A DNA stretch of 64,000 nucleotides from Acidobacteriota bacterium (GTDB lineage: Bacteria > Acidobacteriota > UBA6911 > JACOSC01): assembly GCA_016179055.1 (NCBI GenBank), contig JACOSC010000025.1:2214-66213 (forward strand). Reading direction: 5' to 3'. Below are positions 19,174 through 29,235 of the stretch, piece after piece. Numbering within the stretch: the first letter of the stretch is position 1; every line of letters begins with the position of its first letter. Under the pieces are notes generated by a model, which was not told the DNA's origin, made no database searches, and saw only the letters and a list, made by a program, of their open reading frames with translations. A program made the position numbers and the translations under genes.

Positions 19174-19450
19174 CCTGGGAGCGCCCCGACTACCGTCGGG
19201 GCGAATCCCTTAGCGAATTGCGTCCACCCTTGCCCCGATGGTAGTCGGGGCGCTCCCAGGCGCGTCGTTGCTATATTCATTCGTCGGGGTACCCCTCACA
19301 GGGGCATGAACAACTCCTCTGAATACAGCACCGGTTGCGGTAGCGACCGAGTGCGCCCCAGCCTATCCGCCTCGGCCATCCGCCCGCTACCGCAGGCGGT
19401 TCTGTTTTTCAATCGTCGTGGCGCCCCAAAGGGGTATGAACAACTCCTTA
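19174..19450. repeat. Composite REP-like repeat cluster
   Basis: Palindrome CCTGGGAGCGCCCCGACTACC...GGTAGTCGGGGCGCTCCCAGG (19174-19260), two ATGAACAACTCCT units and a GCGGTAGCG/CGCTACCGC palindrome; modules recur at 29660-29802. Confidence 0.75.
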
Positions 19451-19592
19451 GTTAACGCTGATCCGAAAAACTGACACTACAGAAGCCGCTCACGGCGGTT
19501 AGGAGCCTCTTCATACCTGAATTTTGCACGAGAATCACCAGGATCGTCTGGAAACAAGGCTTCAGCGTTGTTTTACGCTGATTAGCTGAGAA

Positions 19593-19650
19593 CGCACAGT
19601 CATCGCTAAGTTACCCTCCGTGGTGATGATCGTCCGTGCAAAAATTTTTT
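19593..19650. repeat. 58-bp dispersed repeat, inverted copy at 46343-46400
   Basis: Exact reverse-complement match by eye. Confidence 0.85.
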
Positions 19651-19948
19651 CTAAACCGATAAGATGACTGGAAGCCCACGCCTTTAGGATTTCAATGTGT
19701 AGACCGCTCACTAAGGAGAAGCGTTACGAGCATACCCCCAAAGACAACCCACCCTCACATAATCCGAAAGAGAATTGCGCCGGGCGAGTGACTCTGATGG
19801 CGCATGGTAAGAAATGGTGCCCTGAGCAAATCGGCTAAACATAAAGACTTTCTATTCCCAAAAGCTCAATTATATTAATTAATCCACTTTACGTCAATGA
19901 AAAATTAAGCCGTGACCAATTAAGCCGGAAAATCCAAGGTGGGCGCGC

Positions 19949-20707
19949 TCAGGGACTATTAATACCAAATGGTTTTTTAAAAGTGCCCACGACGGATAAT
20001 CCAAACGGGAAGTGAATACGCTTCAACAATAAGTTTTCCACTCGCATGATGCTTAATAGGAGTTTGTTAACCAGGGGATGCGCAGGTTGTATCCCCGAGG
20101 TAGGCGCCTGTTGAAAGTGTTCCATTACTCTTTGCAGCACGGCCAAGGGAAAAAGCATGGCGAGCCGGTATCCTATTCTTAAGCGGACGAATCCAGCCTG
20201 CTCAGCCAGCTCTTCGAGTTCCGGGCAAGTAAAGCGGTGCTTGGTGTGGACAATAGCGTCGTGACCTGAACGCAACCATTCGTACGCCGCCAATTGGATA
20301 ACGAGTAGGCCGCCGGGCTTGAGGACTCGAAAAAGTTCAGCCATGGCCTGGGCATGAAGGGCCTTCTCAATCAAGTAGACCACATCTATCGAGATCACTA
20401 CATCAAAACAGCTATTCCCATAGGGAATGTTGAGTATGGATCCTTGCTTAGTAAAAGTGAGGCCGCGCAACCAACAAAACTTAATAGCTTCGGTGGAGTA
20501 ATCAAAACCGCTCAGCGACAACCCTTCGAGGTCTTGTAGTTGTAAGAGCAATCCACCGGTTCCACAGCCCGCATCACAAACCCGCAATTCTTTAGAGCTG
20601 CGCTTTTGATAGTCAAGAATAATTTGTTTGACATACTCATGAAGAGAAACGTACCACCAGTGTGCTCGTTCATTTTCATAAATATTCTTATATTCGCTTA
20701 TTTCCAT
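19949..20707 (-). CDS. Class I SAM-dependent methyltransferase
   Basis: ERAHWWY, DAGCGTG, LFRVLKPGG. Confidence 0.88.
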   Translation of the reverse strand: MEISEYKNIYENERAHWWYVSLHEYVKQIILDYQKRSSKELRVCDAGCGTGGLLLQLQDLEGLSLSGFDYSTEAIKFCWLRGLTFTKQGSILNIPYGNSCFDVVISIDVVYLIEKALHAQAMAELFRVLKPGGLLVIQLAAYEWLRSGHDAIVHTKHRFTCPELEELAEQAGFVRLRIGYRLAMLFPLAVLQRVMEHFQQAPTSGIQPAHPLVNKLLLSIMRVENLLLKRIHFPFGLSVVGTFKKPFGINSP

Positions 20708-21674
20708 CAGACCTATAAACTTCCTTCACAATATACAACGGTGTGCCATTTTGGGTAAAAAAAATGCGGCCAAGATACTCGCCAATCATTCCCAGCGAGG
20801 TCAGTTGCACCCCGGAAAATATGATAAACAAAATCATCAATGATGCGTAACCGGCGGGCACGTTCGGGTATCGGAGCCTTTCGATGACGGTAACCATACC
20901 AAAAACTAAACCGATCCCCGTAACCATCAAACCCAGCACAATCGAGAGACGCAAAGGCAGAATCGAAAAATTAGTGAACATATTGAGCCAGAGCCGGATC
21001 AAACGGTGAATGTTGTAGTTGGACTTCCCTTCCATCCGCCAGTTATGTCGAACCTTGACTTTGCCATAGCTCCGGCTAATGCGAAAGATTATTCCATCCA
21101 GATAAGGGAAAGGTCCCTGGTATTTGCAAACCTCATTAATAAGAAACCGGCTGAGCACTTTAAAACTGGAAAGATACAGATCGCGAGGTTTTTTAAGCAT
21201 GATGGTAGCGACGCGATCATTAAAGCGACTGCCCAAATTTCTAAACAGGCTATGCTTCTTCTTGTCAAAAAAGCTATACACGACATCGCAGTGGCACTTG
21301 AGAGCATGTTCGACCAGTGCAATGATTTCCTCAGGTGGGTTTTGAAAATCATCATCGATGATCCCCGCGTAGTCTCCCGAGGTGTGGGCTAATCCCGCAA
21401 GAACGGCATTATGTTCCCCAAAATTTCTCGACAAATTAACAAAGACCGTTGACTCCGGAAAACGCTTATGCACTCTGATACAGGCCTCGGCACTGTTATC
21501 CTCGCTGCCGTCATTGACCATGACGACCTCAGTTCGATAGTATGGTGAAAGCGCGGCGAAAACGCTTTCCACTAGTGGCTCGATAGATTTCTCGCCATTA
21601 TATACCGGAATCACCACTGATATAAAAAGATTAGAATTTGTTGGAGGGATAATTTCGTGCGTGCCTTGTTTCAT
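20688..21674 (-). CDS. GT2 glycosyltransferase, ArnC/GtrB-like (polyprenol-phosphate glycosyltransferase)
   Basis: VVIPVYN, VNDGSED, RNFGEHNA, DDDFQNPP; two C-terminal TMs; GEYLGR. Confidence 0.9.
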   Translation of the reverse strand: MKQGTHEIIPPTNSNLFISVVIPVYNGEKSIEPLVESVFAALSPYYRTEVVMVNDGSEDNSAEACIRVHKRFPESTVFVNLSRNFGEHNAVLAGLAHTSGDYAGIIDDDFQNPPEEIIALVEHALKCHCDVVYSFFDKKKHSLFRNLGSRFNDRVATIMLKKPRDLYLSSFKVLSRFLINEVCKYQGPFPYLDGIIFRISRSYGKVKVRHNWRMEGKSNYNIHRLIRLWLNMFTNFSILPLRLSIVLGLMVTGIGLVFGMVTVIERLRYPNVPAGYASLMILFIIFSGVQLTSLGMIGEYLGRIFFTQNGTPLYIVKEVYRSDGNKRI

Positions 21675-21988
21675 AGAGCTATGTCAACATTGAACGACCC
21701 GTATCGGATCGACCGCGGCCCGCCATCTGGCCGATGCCATCGGCTTGTCTAAGTATCCATGGCCATCTGACGCGCATCGTAAAGTCTCATCAACAATTGA
21801 GAACGTTTGTAGTACTCTGCCGGGAATAATAACCCGTTTACGACCCGTATTTTATCAAACTTTCCGCGAAAACACCAATCTGATTTGTCAAGTTCAGGAA
21901 TTCCCGGTCGGCGGGCAAGCGGTATAATCGTTGAGTTTCCTTTCACGTCACCAGAACATGGGTTGTCCTCGCTATTGTCTCGAAAAAA

Positions 21989-23224
21989 TTAGACGCACGT
22001 TCGGTAATGCCGTATAACCTTATGGACGGCCTTAACCACGTCCCTCGCATCTTCTATGGTCAAGCGGGGCGACATCGGAAGTGAAAGAATCTGCTCTCCG
22101 GTTCGATACGCCACCGGGTAGTCTTCCGGTTTATATCCGTACTTGTCCCGATAAAAAGGGTTCGTATGCAAGGAGCGATAGTGCAGGGAGACTCCAATAT
22201 TTTCTGCCATCAGGGCCTCAAGAATTTGGTTGCGGCTTACGGAAAACTGGTCCATATCAAATATCAGCACGTAAAGGTGCATGGCATGCCGATCGATTTC
22301 ATCGTTCGGGTGCGGTTGCGTCCGCAGATAATCCACCGTGGAAAAAGCCTCGTCATAGACTTTCGCGGCCTCATAGCGACGAACCAAGAGTGACTCTTGT
22401 TTGCGCAGTTGGTGCAAGCCCAGAGAGGCTTGTATGTCCGTCATGTTGTATTTATAGCCGGCATAGACAACTTCCGCCGGCACGTAACGCCGTGATGTGA
22501 AGCGCTGCCACGCGTCGCGTCCCAAACCGTGCAAACGGTACACCAGCAACTTGTCCGCCAGGCCGGCGTCATCCGTCGTAATCATCCCACCCTCGCCGGT
22601 CGTCAGATTCTTATTGGCATAAAAACTGAAGCTCGTCAGCGGGCTGATCGACCCTACCATACGTCCCTTGTATTTGGTCGAAATCGCGTGGGCCGCATCC
22701 TCGATGACCGTCAGGCCATGCTTATTGCAGATCTGATGAATCTCGTCCATATCGCAGGCTAACCCACCATAATGTACCGCGATGATGCCGCGCGTTCTCG
22801 GGGTAATTGCGGCTTCTATGGCGGCGGGGCTCATGTTGAGCGTGCTGGGATCAATATCGACAAAAACCGGACGAGCATTAACATGTTCGATAACATTGGC
22901 AGAGGCGCAAAAAGTCAGCGGAGTCACGATGACTTCATCGCCGGCGCCAATTCCGCTCACGACAAGGCTCAAGTGTAGCCCGGCGGTACACGAGTTTACT
23001 GAGATGGCGTACTTGGCCCCGACGTACTTGGCGAACTCTTCTTCAAATCTCATGGTCTTCGGACCAGTGCTGAGCCAACCGGACTTAAGCGTGTCGACCA
23101 CTTCATCAATCTCATCGCCGTCAATGCTCGGTGGCGCCAATGACAGGAACGACTCGCGCACCGGATTTCCGCCTTCGATCGCTAACAAATCAGTGTTTTC
23201 AAAAGGCATCTTTAGCCTATCCAT
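21989..23224 (-). CDS. DegT/DnrJ-family PLP sugar aminotransferase (ArnB/SpsC-like)
   Basis: SGWLSTGP, EDAAHA, FSFYANKNLTTGEGG, GYKYNMTD. Confidence 0.9.
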   Translation of the reverse strand: MDRLKMPFENTDLLAIEGGNPVRESFLSLAPPSIDGDEIDEVVDTLKSGWLSTGPKTMRFEEEFAKYVGAKYAISVNSCTAGLHLSLVVSGIGAGDEVIVTPLTFCASANVIEHVNARPVFVDIDPSTLNMSPAAIEAAITPRTRGIIAVHYGGLACDMDEIHQICNKHGLTVIEDAAHAISTKYKGRMVGSISPLTSFSFYANKNLTTGEGGMITTDDAGLADKLLVYRLHGLGRDAWQRFTSRRYVPAEVVYAGYKYNMTDIQASLGLHQLRKQESLLVRRYEAAKVYDEAFSTVDYLRTQPHPNDEIDRHAMHLYVLIFDMDQFSVSRNQILEALMAENIGVSLHYRSLHTNPFYRDKYGYKPEDYPVAYRTGEQILSLPMSPRLTIEDARDVVKAVHKVIRHYRTCV

Positions 23225-23507
23225 AGCTTTTTCTCCAAATTCTCGGATCTCGTAGCGGCATGGATAGCTCGTAGACCGCCTGTGTGCCTCTTGCCCAACG
23301 TAATAATCCAATAACGCGTTGGTTGATCGGCTTTAGGGCGAGCTAAGGCTGGACCTATGAACGTCCTACGCGGTAAACCAGTACACCAAACTCATGTTCC
23401 TAGGGCCTCATGTAGAAGGCTCTCTCCACGCTTACCTTACTTAGCCGCGACTCTGACAACGCATTCCGAAATCTTATTTCGCGGCCTATCGGCGCGACCA
23501 ACCTCCA

Positions 23508-24110
23508 TTATAGTCGGTCCAGGTCCCCTTTCAAGACCGCCACTATCTCTACGTCCCCTTCGATCAGCGTAATCAGGCGATCTTTGTAATTCTCCAGAAA
23601 TGCCTTGAACGACGCCGGAGTAAATCGGTGCGGCTTCATGCCATCGCCAGGATCATTAAGCAAGTAGGCCAGTTTACGTATGAACCAGCATGATGACTCC
23701 GTGTTGTTGCGAACGGGTTCCACGAGAATAAATCGCTTGGAATACGCCAGAATTTTGTCGATCAAGGCCTTGTGAGCTGGAATAAATTGGTAAAGGCTGG
23801 CCATCATTAAGCTGAAGTCGGCCGGCACAGGCTCGTCTACACAAATATTCATAACTTGGCACGGAACGCCGCGTTGGTCGCGCAGCCGCGCAATGAACTG
23901 TTCATTAAAATCCAAGCCCAGGTACGCAACATCCCGGTGTTTTAAATGCGACGTGTATATCTCGGCGTCTCCACAACAATAGTCGACGACTCGAACGTGG
24001 TCGGGCACGAGTGCTGCCACCGTCGTATAGCGTTTCCGATATTTACTCCGGTACGAAAGCAGCAGACCGAGCTTATATAAGAGGAGGGAGCGATAAATAA
24101 TGGATGGCAT
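23508..24110 (-). CDS. Putative SAM-dependent methyltransferase
   Basis: VVDYCCGDA motif I variant, YLGLDFN. Confidence 0.65.
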   Translation of the reverse strand: MPSIIYRSLLLYKLGLLLSYRSKYRKRYTTVAALVPDHVRVVDYCCGDAEIYTSHLKHRDVAYLGLDFNEQFIARLRDQRGVPCQVMNICVDEPVPADFSLMMASLYQFIPAHKALIDKILAYSKRFILVEPVRNNTESSCWFIRKLAYLLNDPGDGMKPHRFTPASFKAFLENYKDRLITLIEGDVEIVAVLKGDLDRL

Positions 24111-24111
24111 T

Positions 24112-24852
24112 TTAGACCACACCTCCTGCGGTGCGACGGCCGACTTTCTCCTTTCTCTTGTAAGCATAAAGGGCCCTGGAAAAGTTTACGACGTCTCTGA
24201 CAACGCGCATACTGCTGCGTTTGTCATTACGACGGGTTACTACTACAGGCGCCTGGACCACGCGTTGTGAATGCCTAATCGCTTCGGCGACTACTTCCGT
24301 ATCCCAAAACCATCGTTTATCGCGCACTTCACCAAGAAATTCCAACACCGCTGACCGCCGAAAGAGCTTGGCGCCGGTCTCCGTGTCCAGGGATCCCAGA
24401 TCAAGCGCCCACGATGTTATTCGACGGACAACTAAACTGCCAAAGTTGCGTATGAGGTTCCTGAGGTTGAGATTCCAGCGATAGCAGCGATCCGCGATAA
24501 CCATGTCGGCGCCGGGTTCGAATACCGTCGCAGTATAATACAGCACGAGCAGAGTATACGCCGGAATTTCCAAGTCTGAGTCAATGAAGCAGACGTAATC
24601 CTTGGACGCGGTCCGTATACCTTTCGTCACTGCCGCTCCGCGGCCCTCGTTTTGTGAGGATAAAATCAGCCGGACGCGCCCTTCCGGAAAGAACGCCTGC
24701 AATGCGCGCTGAACAGCCTCTGAGCTTCCATCATCGACCACAATAAACTCATAGTCTATGCGGGCGGCCTGCATCATCGTCGTCAGCGCCGTATACGATC
24801 CGAAGATGATGGGTACTTCGTTAAAACAAGTCAGAATAATGGATAGGCTCAT
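24112..24852 (-). CDS. GT2 glycosyltransferase (DPM-synthase-like)
   Basis: VVDDGS, NEGRGAAV, FIDSDLE, DTETGAK, WFWDTE. Confidence 0.85.
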   Translation of the reverse strand: MSLSIILTCFNEVPIIFGSYTALTTMMQAARIDYEFIVVDDGSSEAVQRALQAFFPEGRVRLILSSQNEGRGAAVTKGIRTASKDYVCFIDSDLEIPAYTLLVLYYTATVFEPGADMVIADRCYRWNLNLRNLIRNFGSLVVRRITSWALDLGSLDTETGAKLFRRSAVLEFLGEVRDKRWFWDTEVVAEAIRHSQRVVQAPVVVTRRNDKRSSMRVVRDVVNFSRALYAYKRKEKVGRRTAGGVV

Positions 24853-24978
24853 AGGCTCTCCGAAAGAATCCAACCATCGGCTGATCGGCCCAGATCGAGG
24901 CTTGAATCAGCCATTACGGCTCCGTCAAAAAACTCTAGGGCGAGTCAGTAGGGCACGTTCGCCGTGCGAGAGTTTTTC

Positions 24979-25839
24979 TTAGCGTTCGGAGACTTTCTCG
25001 AAACACGCTAAGAGAAGGTCATACGTATTTAAAAAAATACATTTCCTCTCGAGAAATGCGCCGAGGCCGGAACGGTTTTTTCCAAATACAAAGTAGAGGA
25101 TGTATTTAAGTATATAGCTAAGCTGAAAATATTTACCTCGATAGGAAAACGAGCACAAGGTGTAGCCATGCTCACGCAACAATCGTATTAAGCCGGCTTT
25201 TGAAAAATAGGAGAGGTGATATTTATTGTAAAAATGCCAATATTTACCAAGAATGATGGATGGCAGTGTTCCGCACACGGGGATTTCGATAATGACGTGC
25301 CCGCCAATCGGCTGTATATCTGAGATGATCTCTAAGACCGAGCGTGGCTGCGGCACATGTTCCAAGACGTCGCACAACGTAACCACGTCAAACTGCGATT
25401 GGACCTTCGTGGCGAGGCTTTGCAGCGGGAAGTTATAAAAGTGTGAATTTCCTTTCAAGTACCTATCAAAGAGCGGTTTGGAAGGCTCTAAGCCCACCGC
25501 GTCAATTCTGTTTTCTCTTAGGAAGTTGACGAATTTGCCGCTTCCGCACCCGATGTCGAGCAGTTTTTTACCGGAAAGATTAACCTGTCGGGAGATCCAA
25601 GCGAGTAACGAATTGAAATTATGTCTATCGGAAGGATTGGCTTCCAGATAATTGATATAAGCTTCCTCGTAGCTTTCAATATCCGTTTGGTCATTAAGAT
25701 TTACCTCGGGCCTTGAAAACCGGAATGTGCAGTGGCGACACTTGTAATATCTAATGGTATCCTTAACGAAAAGGGAGGAAGTGTCCACAGAGAGACACAA
25801 AGGGCAGCCTGTTTCTGTTGCCAACCTATCCAAAGCCAT
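24979..25839 (-). CDS. SAM-dependent methyltransferase with N-terminal Zn ribbon
   Basis: CPLC..CRHC, LLDIGCGSG, DVLEHV, HLSYFS. Confidence 0.88.
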   Translation of the reverse strand: MALDRLATETGCPLCLSVDTSSLFVKDTIRYYKCRHCTFRFSRPEVNLNDQTDIESYEEAYINYLEANPSDRHNFNSLLAWISRQVNLSGKKLLDIGCGSGKFVNFLRENRIDAVGLEPSKPLFDRYLKGNSHFYNFPLQSLATKVQSQFDVVTLCDVLEHVPQPRSVLEIISDIQPIGGHVIIEIPVCGTLPSIILGKYWHFYNKYHLSYFSKAGLIRLLREHGYTLCSFSYRGKYFQLSYILKYILYFVFGKNRSGLGAFLERKCIFLNTYDLLLACFEKVSER

Positions 25840-26109
25840 GAACACTAACTCGATAAGGTTCTCCAGAGCAAAACACGATGGTGGAATGTTGCCCCGTAAG
25901 CGAACTAACTATATCATACACCGAGGCGCCGGACCAGATCTGCTTTGTCACTTTTACCCTAACCAATCCATCGCTGCTTGAAAAAAATAGGAATTCGTTG
26001 ACCGTGGCCGTCGCGTTTGGTATGATCTAGTTCAGGATTTTTGAGAAGGCAGCCGTCGCTTGGTCTTCCTATAAAATTCTTCGCAGATTATCAGGCTTGC
26101 ATGTAGGGA

Positions 26110-26805
26110 ATGCCCATGAGAGATGAAAAATGCACCGACCCACAGATTGGTAAGCTTATCGGAAATTATGAAAACGGCTCGCTCAAAGGGGACCCGCGCG
26201 AGCGCTTTGAAATTCATTTGGTTCATTGCACATTTTGCCTCAATCAGACCCTGCAAAACCAACCCATTATCCGAAATATGCGCTTGAAGGCGCCTACCCT
26301 TATAACTCGAATCCCGCGCGAGCGGCCTAACCCGAAGCCGCTGCTCCCGGAGCGGATGTTCTCACTGAGCGATAGCCGGTCGTGGGCCGGGCTGGCTCTG
26401 ATATTTCTTGCGGCCATAGTAGCGATATTTATTTATACGGAGAGAGGACGACGTCTCAGCACCGAGCATGGCGTTGAGAGGGCCAGCCCGGAGTTCCGCG
26501 TGCTCGATCTCAGCCCCAGCGGCCTCATCGACAGCGCGCCAACAGAGTTTCAATGGCGGGACATTCCAAACGCCGGGTACTACCAGGTTGAGTTATTTGA
26601 TGAATTCGGAAAATCTCTGTGGCGACAAGAGACCGCGAGGCGCCGGCTATCGCTTCCCGACTCACTCCGTTTGTTGCTGCGCCCAGGCTATCGTTACACG
26701 TGGGAGATTCGCGCCGTAGAGAGCCAAAAATTGCGGCCATTTCACGGGAGCGCTGATTTTATGATTCGCCTCGACTCGCCATCCCACCCCACGTCGAGAC
26801 CGTAG
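26110..26805 (+). CDS. Zinc-finger (zf-HC2) anti-sigma-like membrane protein
   Basis: FEIHLVHCTFC (HxxxCxxC), one TM and a C-terminal beta-rich domain. Confidence 0.65.
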   Translation: MPMRDEKCTDPQIGKLIGNYENGSLKGDPRERFEIHLVHCTFCLNQTLQNQPIIRNMRLKAPTLITRIPRERPNPKPLLPERMFSLSDSRSWAGLALIFLAAIVAIFIYTERGRRLSTEHGVERASPEFRVLDLSPSGLIDSAPTEFQWRDIPNAGYYQVELFDEFGKSLWRQETARRRLSLPDSLRLLLRPGYRYTWEIRAVESQKLRPFHGSADFMIRLDSPSHPTSRP

Positions 26806-26861
26806 CTCGGTGCAGCGGCGCACAGACGGAAGGGCATCCCCTATCATTGTCTATCGAGGAA

Positions 26862-27809
26862 ATGATGGCCGTATACGCGCTGGAGACCAGAGAGTTAACC
26901 AAAGTATTTAAGAGCCCCATTCGTAAACATTCCCTAACCGCCTTGGATCGCATTGGTCTTACGGTCAATCAAGGTGAAATCTTTGGATTGCTCGGACCGA
27001 ACGGCGCCGGCAAGACCACATTCGTCAAGATACTGCTCGGCATCACGCACCCCTCCGAAGGCTGTGTATCTATCTTGGGAGAAGATCTGTCGAGCGTTCG
27101 GGTTAAAGAGCGACTCGGATACTTGCCGGAGAATCATAAATTCCCGGGATATTTGACCGGCGAGACGGCCCTGAATATTCTGGGACGCCTTGGCAATATA
27201 CATGGCGCCGAGTCGCGTGCGGCTATCGAGAGTTGGCTTAAGCGAGTAAACATGTATGAATGGCGCGCCATGCGGCTCAAGCGCTATTCCAAGGGCATGC
27301 TGCAACGAATCGGCTTGGCGCAATCACTGCTGAACAATCCCGAGCTTGTATTTCTCGATGAGCCAACCGATGGTGTGGATCCGGTCGGACGCTTCGAGAT
27401 CCGCAATATTCTTCTGGAACAAAAAGCACTCGGAAAAACTATTTTTATTAATTCGCATTTACTGTCCGAGGTCGAGCGCCTTTGCGACCGCGTGGCCATT
27501 CTGAATCGTGGGAAACTGATACGGATTGGCTCGATGGCAGACCTCACGCGTGCGACGCAAGAGTACCGAATTGAGCTGCACGAACCCTTCGACGCGAGTT
27601 GTCTAAGCACCGTCACCGCGGAGTGGACCGGCGCCCGACTGGAAAACAATTGGTTGAATATCTCTGTGGGCAACGTTGCGGACTTGAACCGTGTCATTGA
27701 CCGCCTGCGCGCCGCCGCCGTACAAGTGGTCGCCGTGGTACCCGTGCGCCGGTCGCTCGAAGAGACCTTCATGGATCTTATACAGGTTGAGAATCCCTCC
27801 CATGGCTGA
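26862..27809 (+). CDS. ABC transporter ATP-binding protein (ABC-2 type)
   Basis: GPNGAGKT, YSKGM, VFLDEP, SHLL. Confidence 0.9.
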   Translation: MMAVYALETRELTKVFKSPIRKHSLTALDRIGLTVNQGEIFGLLGPNGAGKTTFVKILLGITHPSEGCVSILGEDLSSVRVKERLGYLPENHKFPGYLTGETALNILGRLGNIHGAESRAAIESWLKRVNMYEWRAMRLKRYSKGMLQRIGLAQSLLNNPELVFLDEPTDGVDPVGRFEIRNILLEQKALGKTIFINSHLLSEVERLCDRVAILNRGKLIRIGSMADLTRATQEYRIELHEPFDASCLSTVTAEWTGARLENNWLNISVGNVADLNRVIDRLRAAAVQVVAVVPVRRSLEETFMDLIQVENPSHG

Positions 27810-29232
27810 GTGGAGCGAACAAATCCGACAAATATTGGCCGGCCGCGCGCCTTCGCCGTCCCCGGCGCCGGCGGACGACGTCTCGCTGGTCCGCGCCGCC
27901 GTGCTGATCCCGCTGTACGAATGCGAGGGTCAAATCTACGTTCTATTGACCCGGCGCACCGACAAGGTGGATCATCATAAGGGACAAGTGTCTTTCCCCG
28001 GCGGGCGCTACGACGACTCTGATCAGAATTCCCTCAATACGGCTCTGCGAGAGGCGTACGAAGAGGTGGGCTTACAGCCGGCCGACATCAAAATTTTAGG
28101 CGTCTTGGACAGCATGCTCACCAGCACCGGATTCGTTGTCACGCCTTACGTGGGAATGATTCCTTATCCCTACAAATTTCATCTCAATGAGGACGAAGTG
28201 GCCGCCGCCTTACACGTCCCTTTAGCGGTTTTTCAAGATCCATCGCATTTTCGTGAGGAAATCTGGGAATGGAATGGTGAGTTCATTCCTATGCAGTTTT
28301 ACAGGCATCAAGAAGAGGTGATATGGGGGGCGACGGCCCGTATCATGAAGAGCTTCCTCGAAGTCGTGGGTGACGAGGCGATCGCTTGGCCGCTGGCGAC
28401 GCCGGTTCCGGCGCGTGCAGGGAAACTGCAACTCGGTTCCCAGCGCGGTTTTCACTACGTCGAGTGGGGATCCGCGGGTCGCCCTTGTCTCGTGCTATTG
28501 CACGGCGCCTTGCAGACGGCACACTCATGGGATGATCTTGCCGCGGTTTTGCAAGACCGCTACCGGCTTTTGGCGCTTGACCAACGGGGCCATGGCGAAA
28601 GCGACTGGGCCGATAGTTATCGCCTGGATGACTACGTGATGGATCTGGAAGCCTTCTTGGATCATTGGCAGATTGGCCCAGTCGCACTGATCGGCATGTC
28701 GATGGGCGGTCTTAACGCCATGGTATATGCGGTTCGTCGCCCCTCACAGGTCAAGGGGCTGGTGCTCATGGACGCCGGACCTGGGCTTTGTGAAGAGGGG
28801 GTACGGACGCTACGTGATTTCGCCAAGTCGGTCCCGGATGAATTTTCTTCACTGGAAGAGGCTGTCGAGCTTGCCCGCCTATTTAACCCGCGTCGTTCGA
28901 TTCAAAATCTGCGACATCGGCTATTCCATAATCTTCGGCGACGGGTCGACGGAAAATGGGTGTGGCGCTACGATCCGCAATTTAAGCAATTCGGTAGCGC
29001 CTATTCCGAGCCGCTGCCCGATTTGTGGCCGGTATGGGCGCAAGTGACATCCCCGACGCTGATCGTCCGCGGGCAAGAGAGCAACGTCCTTACCCAGGCC
29101 GTGGCCCACCGTATGACGGAAGGTTGCTCACGCGTAGTTCTGGCGGAAGTGGCGGGCGCCGGGCATGCCGTCGTGGGCGATAACTTGGAAGGCTGCTTAG
29201 CGGCACTGGAACCATTTTTGGCTAATTTATAG
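27802..29232 (+). CDS. CoA-pyrophosphatase-type Nudix hydrolase fused to an alpha/beta hydrolase
   Basis: LLTRR..HKGQVSFPGG..ALREAYEEVG and IWGATA, then LLHG, DQRGHG, GMSMG, AGH. Confidence 0.82.
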   Translation: MAEWSEQIRQILAGRAPSPSPAPADDVSLVRAAVLIPLYECEGQIYVLLTRRTDKVDHHKGQVSFPGGRYDDSDQNSLNTALREAYEEVGLQPADIKILGVLDSMLTSTGFVVTPYVGMIPYPYKFHLNEDEVAAALHVPLAVFQDPSHFREEIWEWNGEFIPMQFYRHQEEVIWGATARIMKSFLEVVGDEAIAWPLATPVPARAGKLQLGSQRGFHYVEWGSAGRPCLVLLHGALQTAHSWDDLAAVLQDRYRLLALDQRGHGESDWADSYRLDDYVMDLEAFLDHWQIGPVALIGMSMGGLNAMVYAVRRPSQVKGLVLMDAGPGLCEEGVRTLRDFAKSVPDEFSSLEEAVELARLFNPRRSIQNLRHRLFHNLRRRVDGKWVWRYDPQFKQFGSAYSEPLPDLWPVWAQVTSPTLIVRGQESNVLTQAVAHRMTEGCSRVVLAEVAGAGHAVVGDNLEGCLAALEPFLANL

Positions 29233-29235
29233 TGT

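Noticed and set aside
19174-19450. Possible CRISPR array
   Set aside because: Only two imperfect direct units, no regular spacers and no cas genes.
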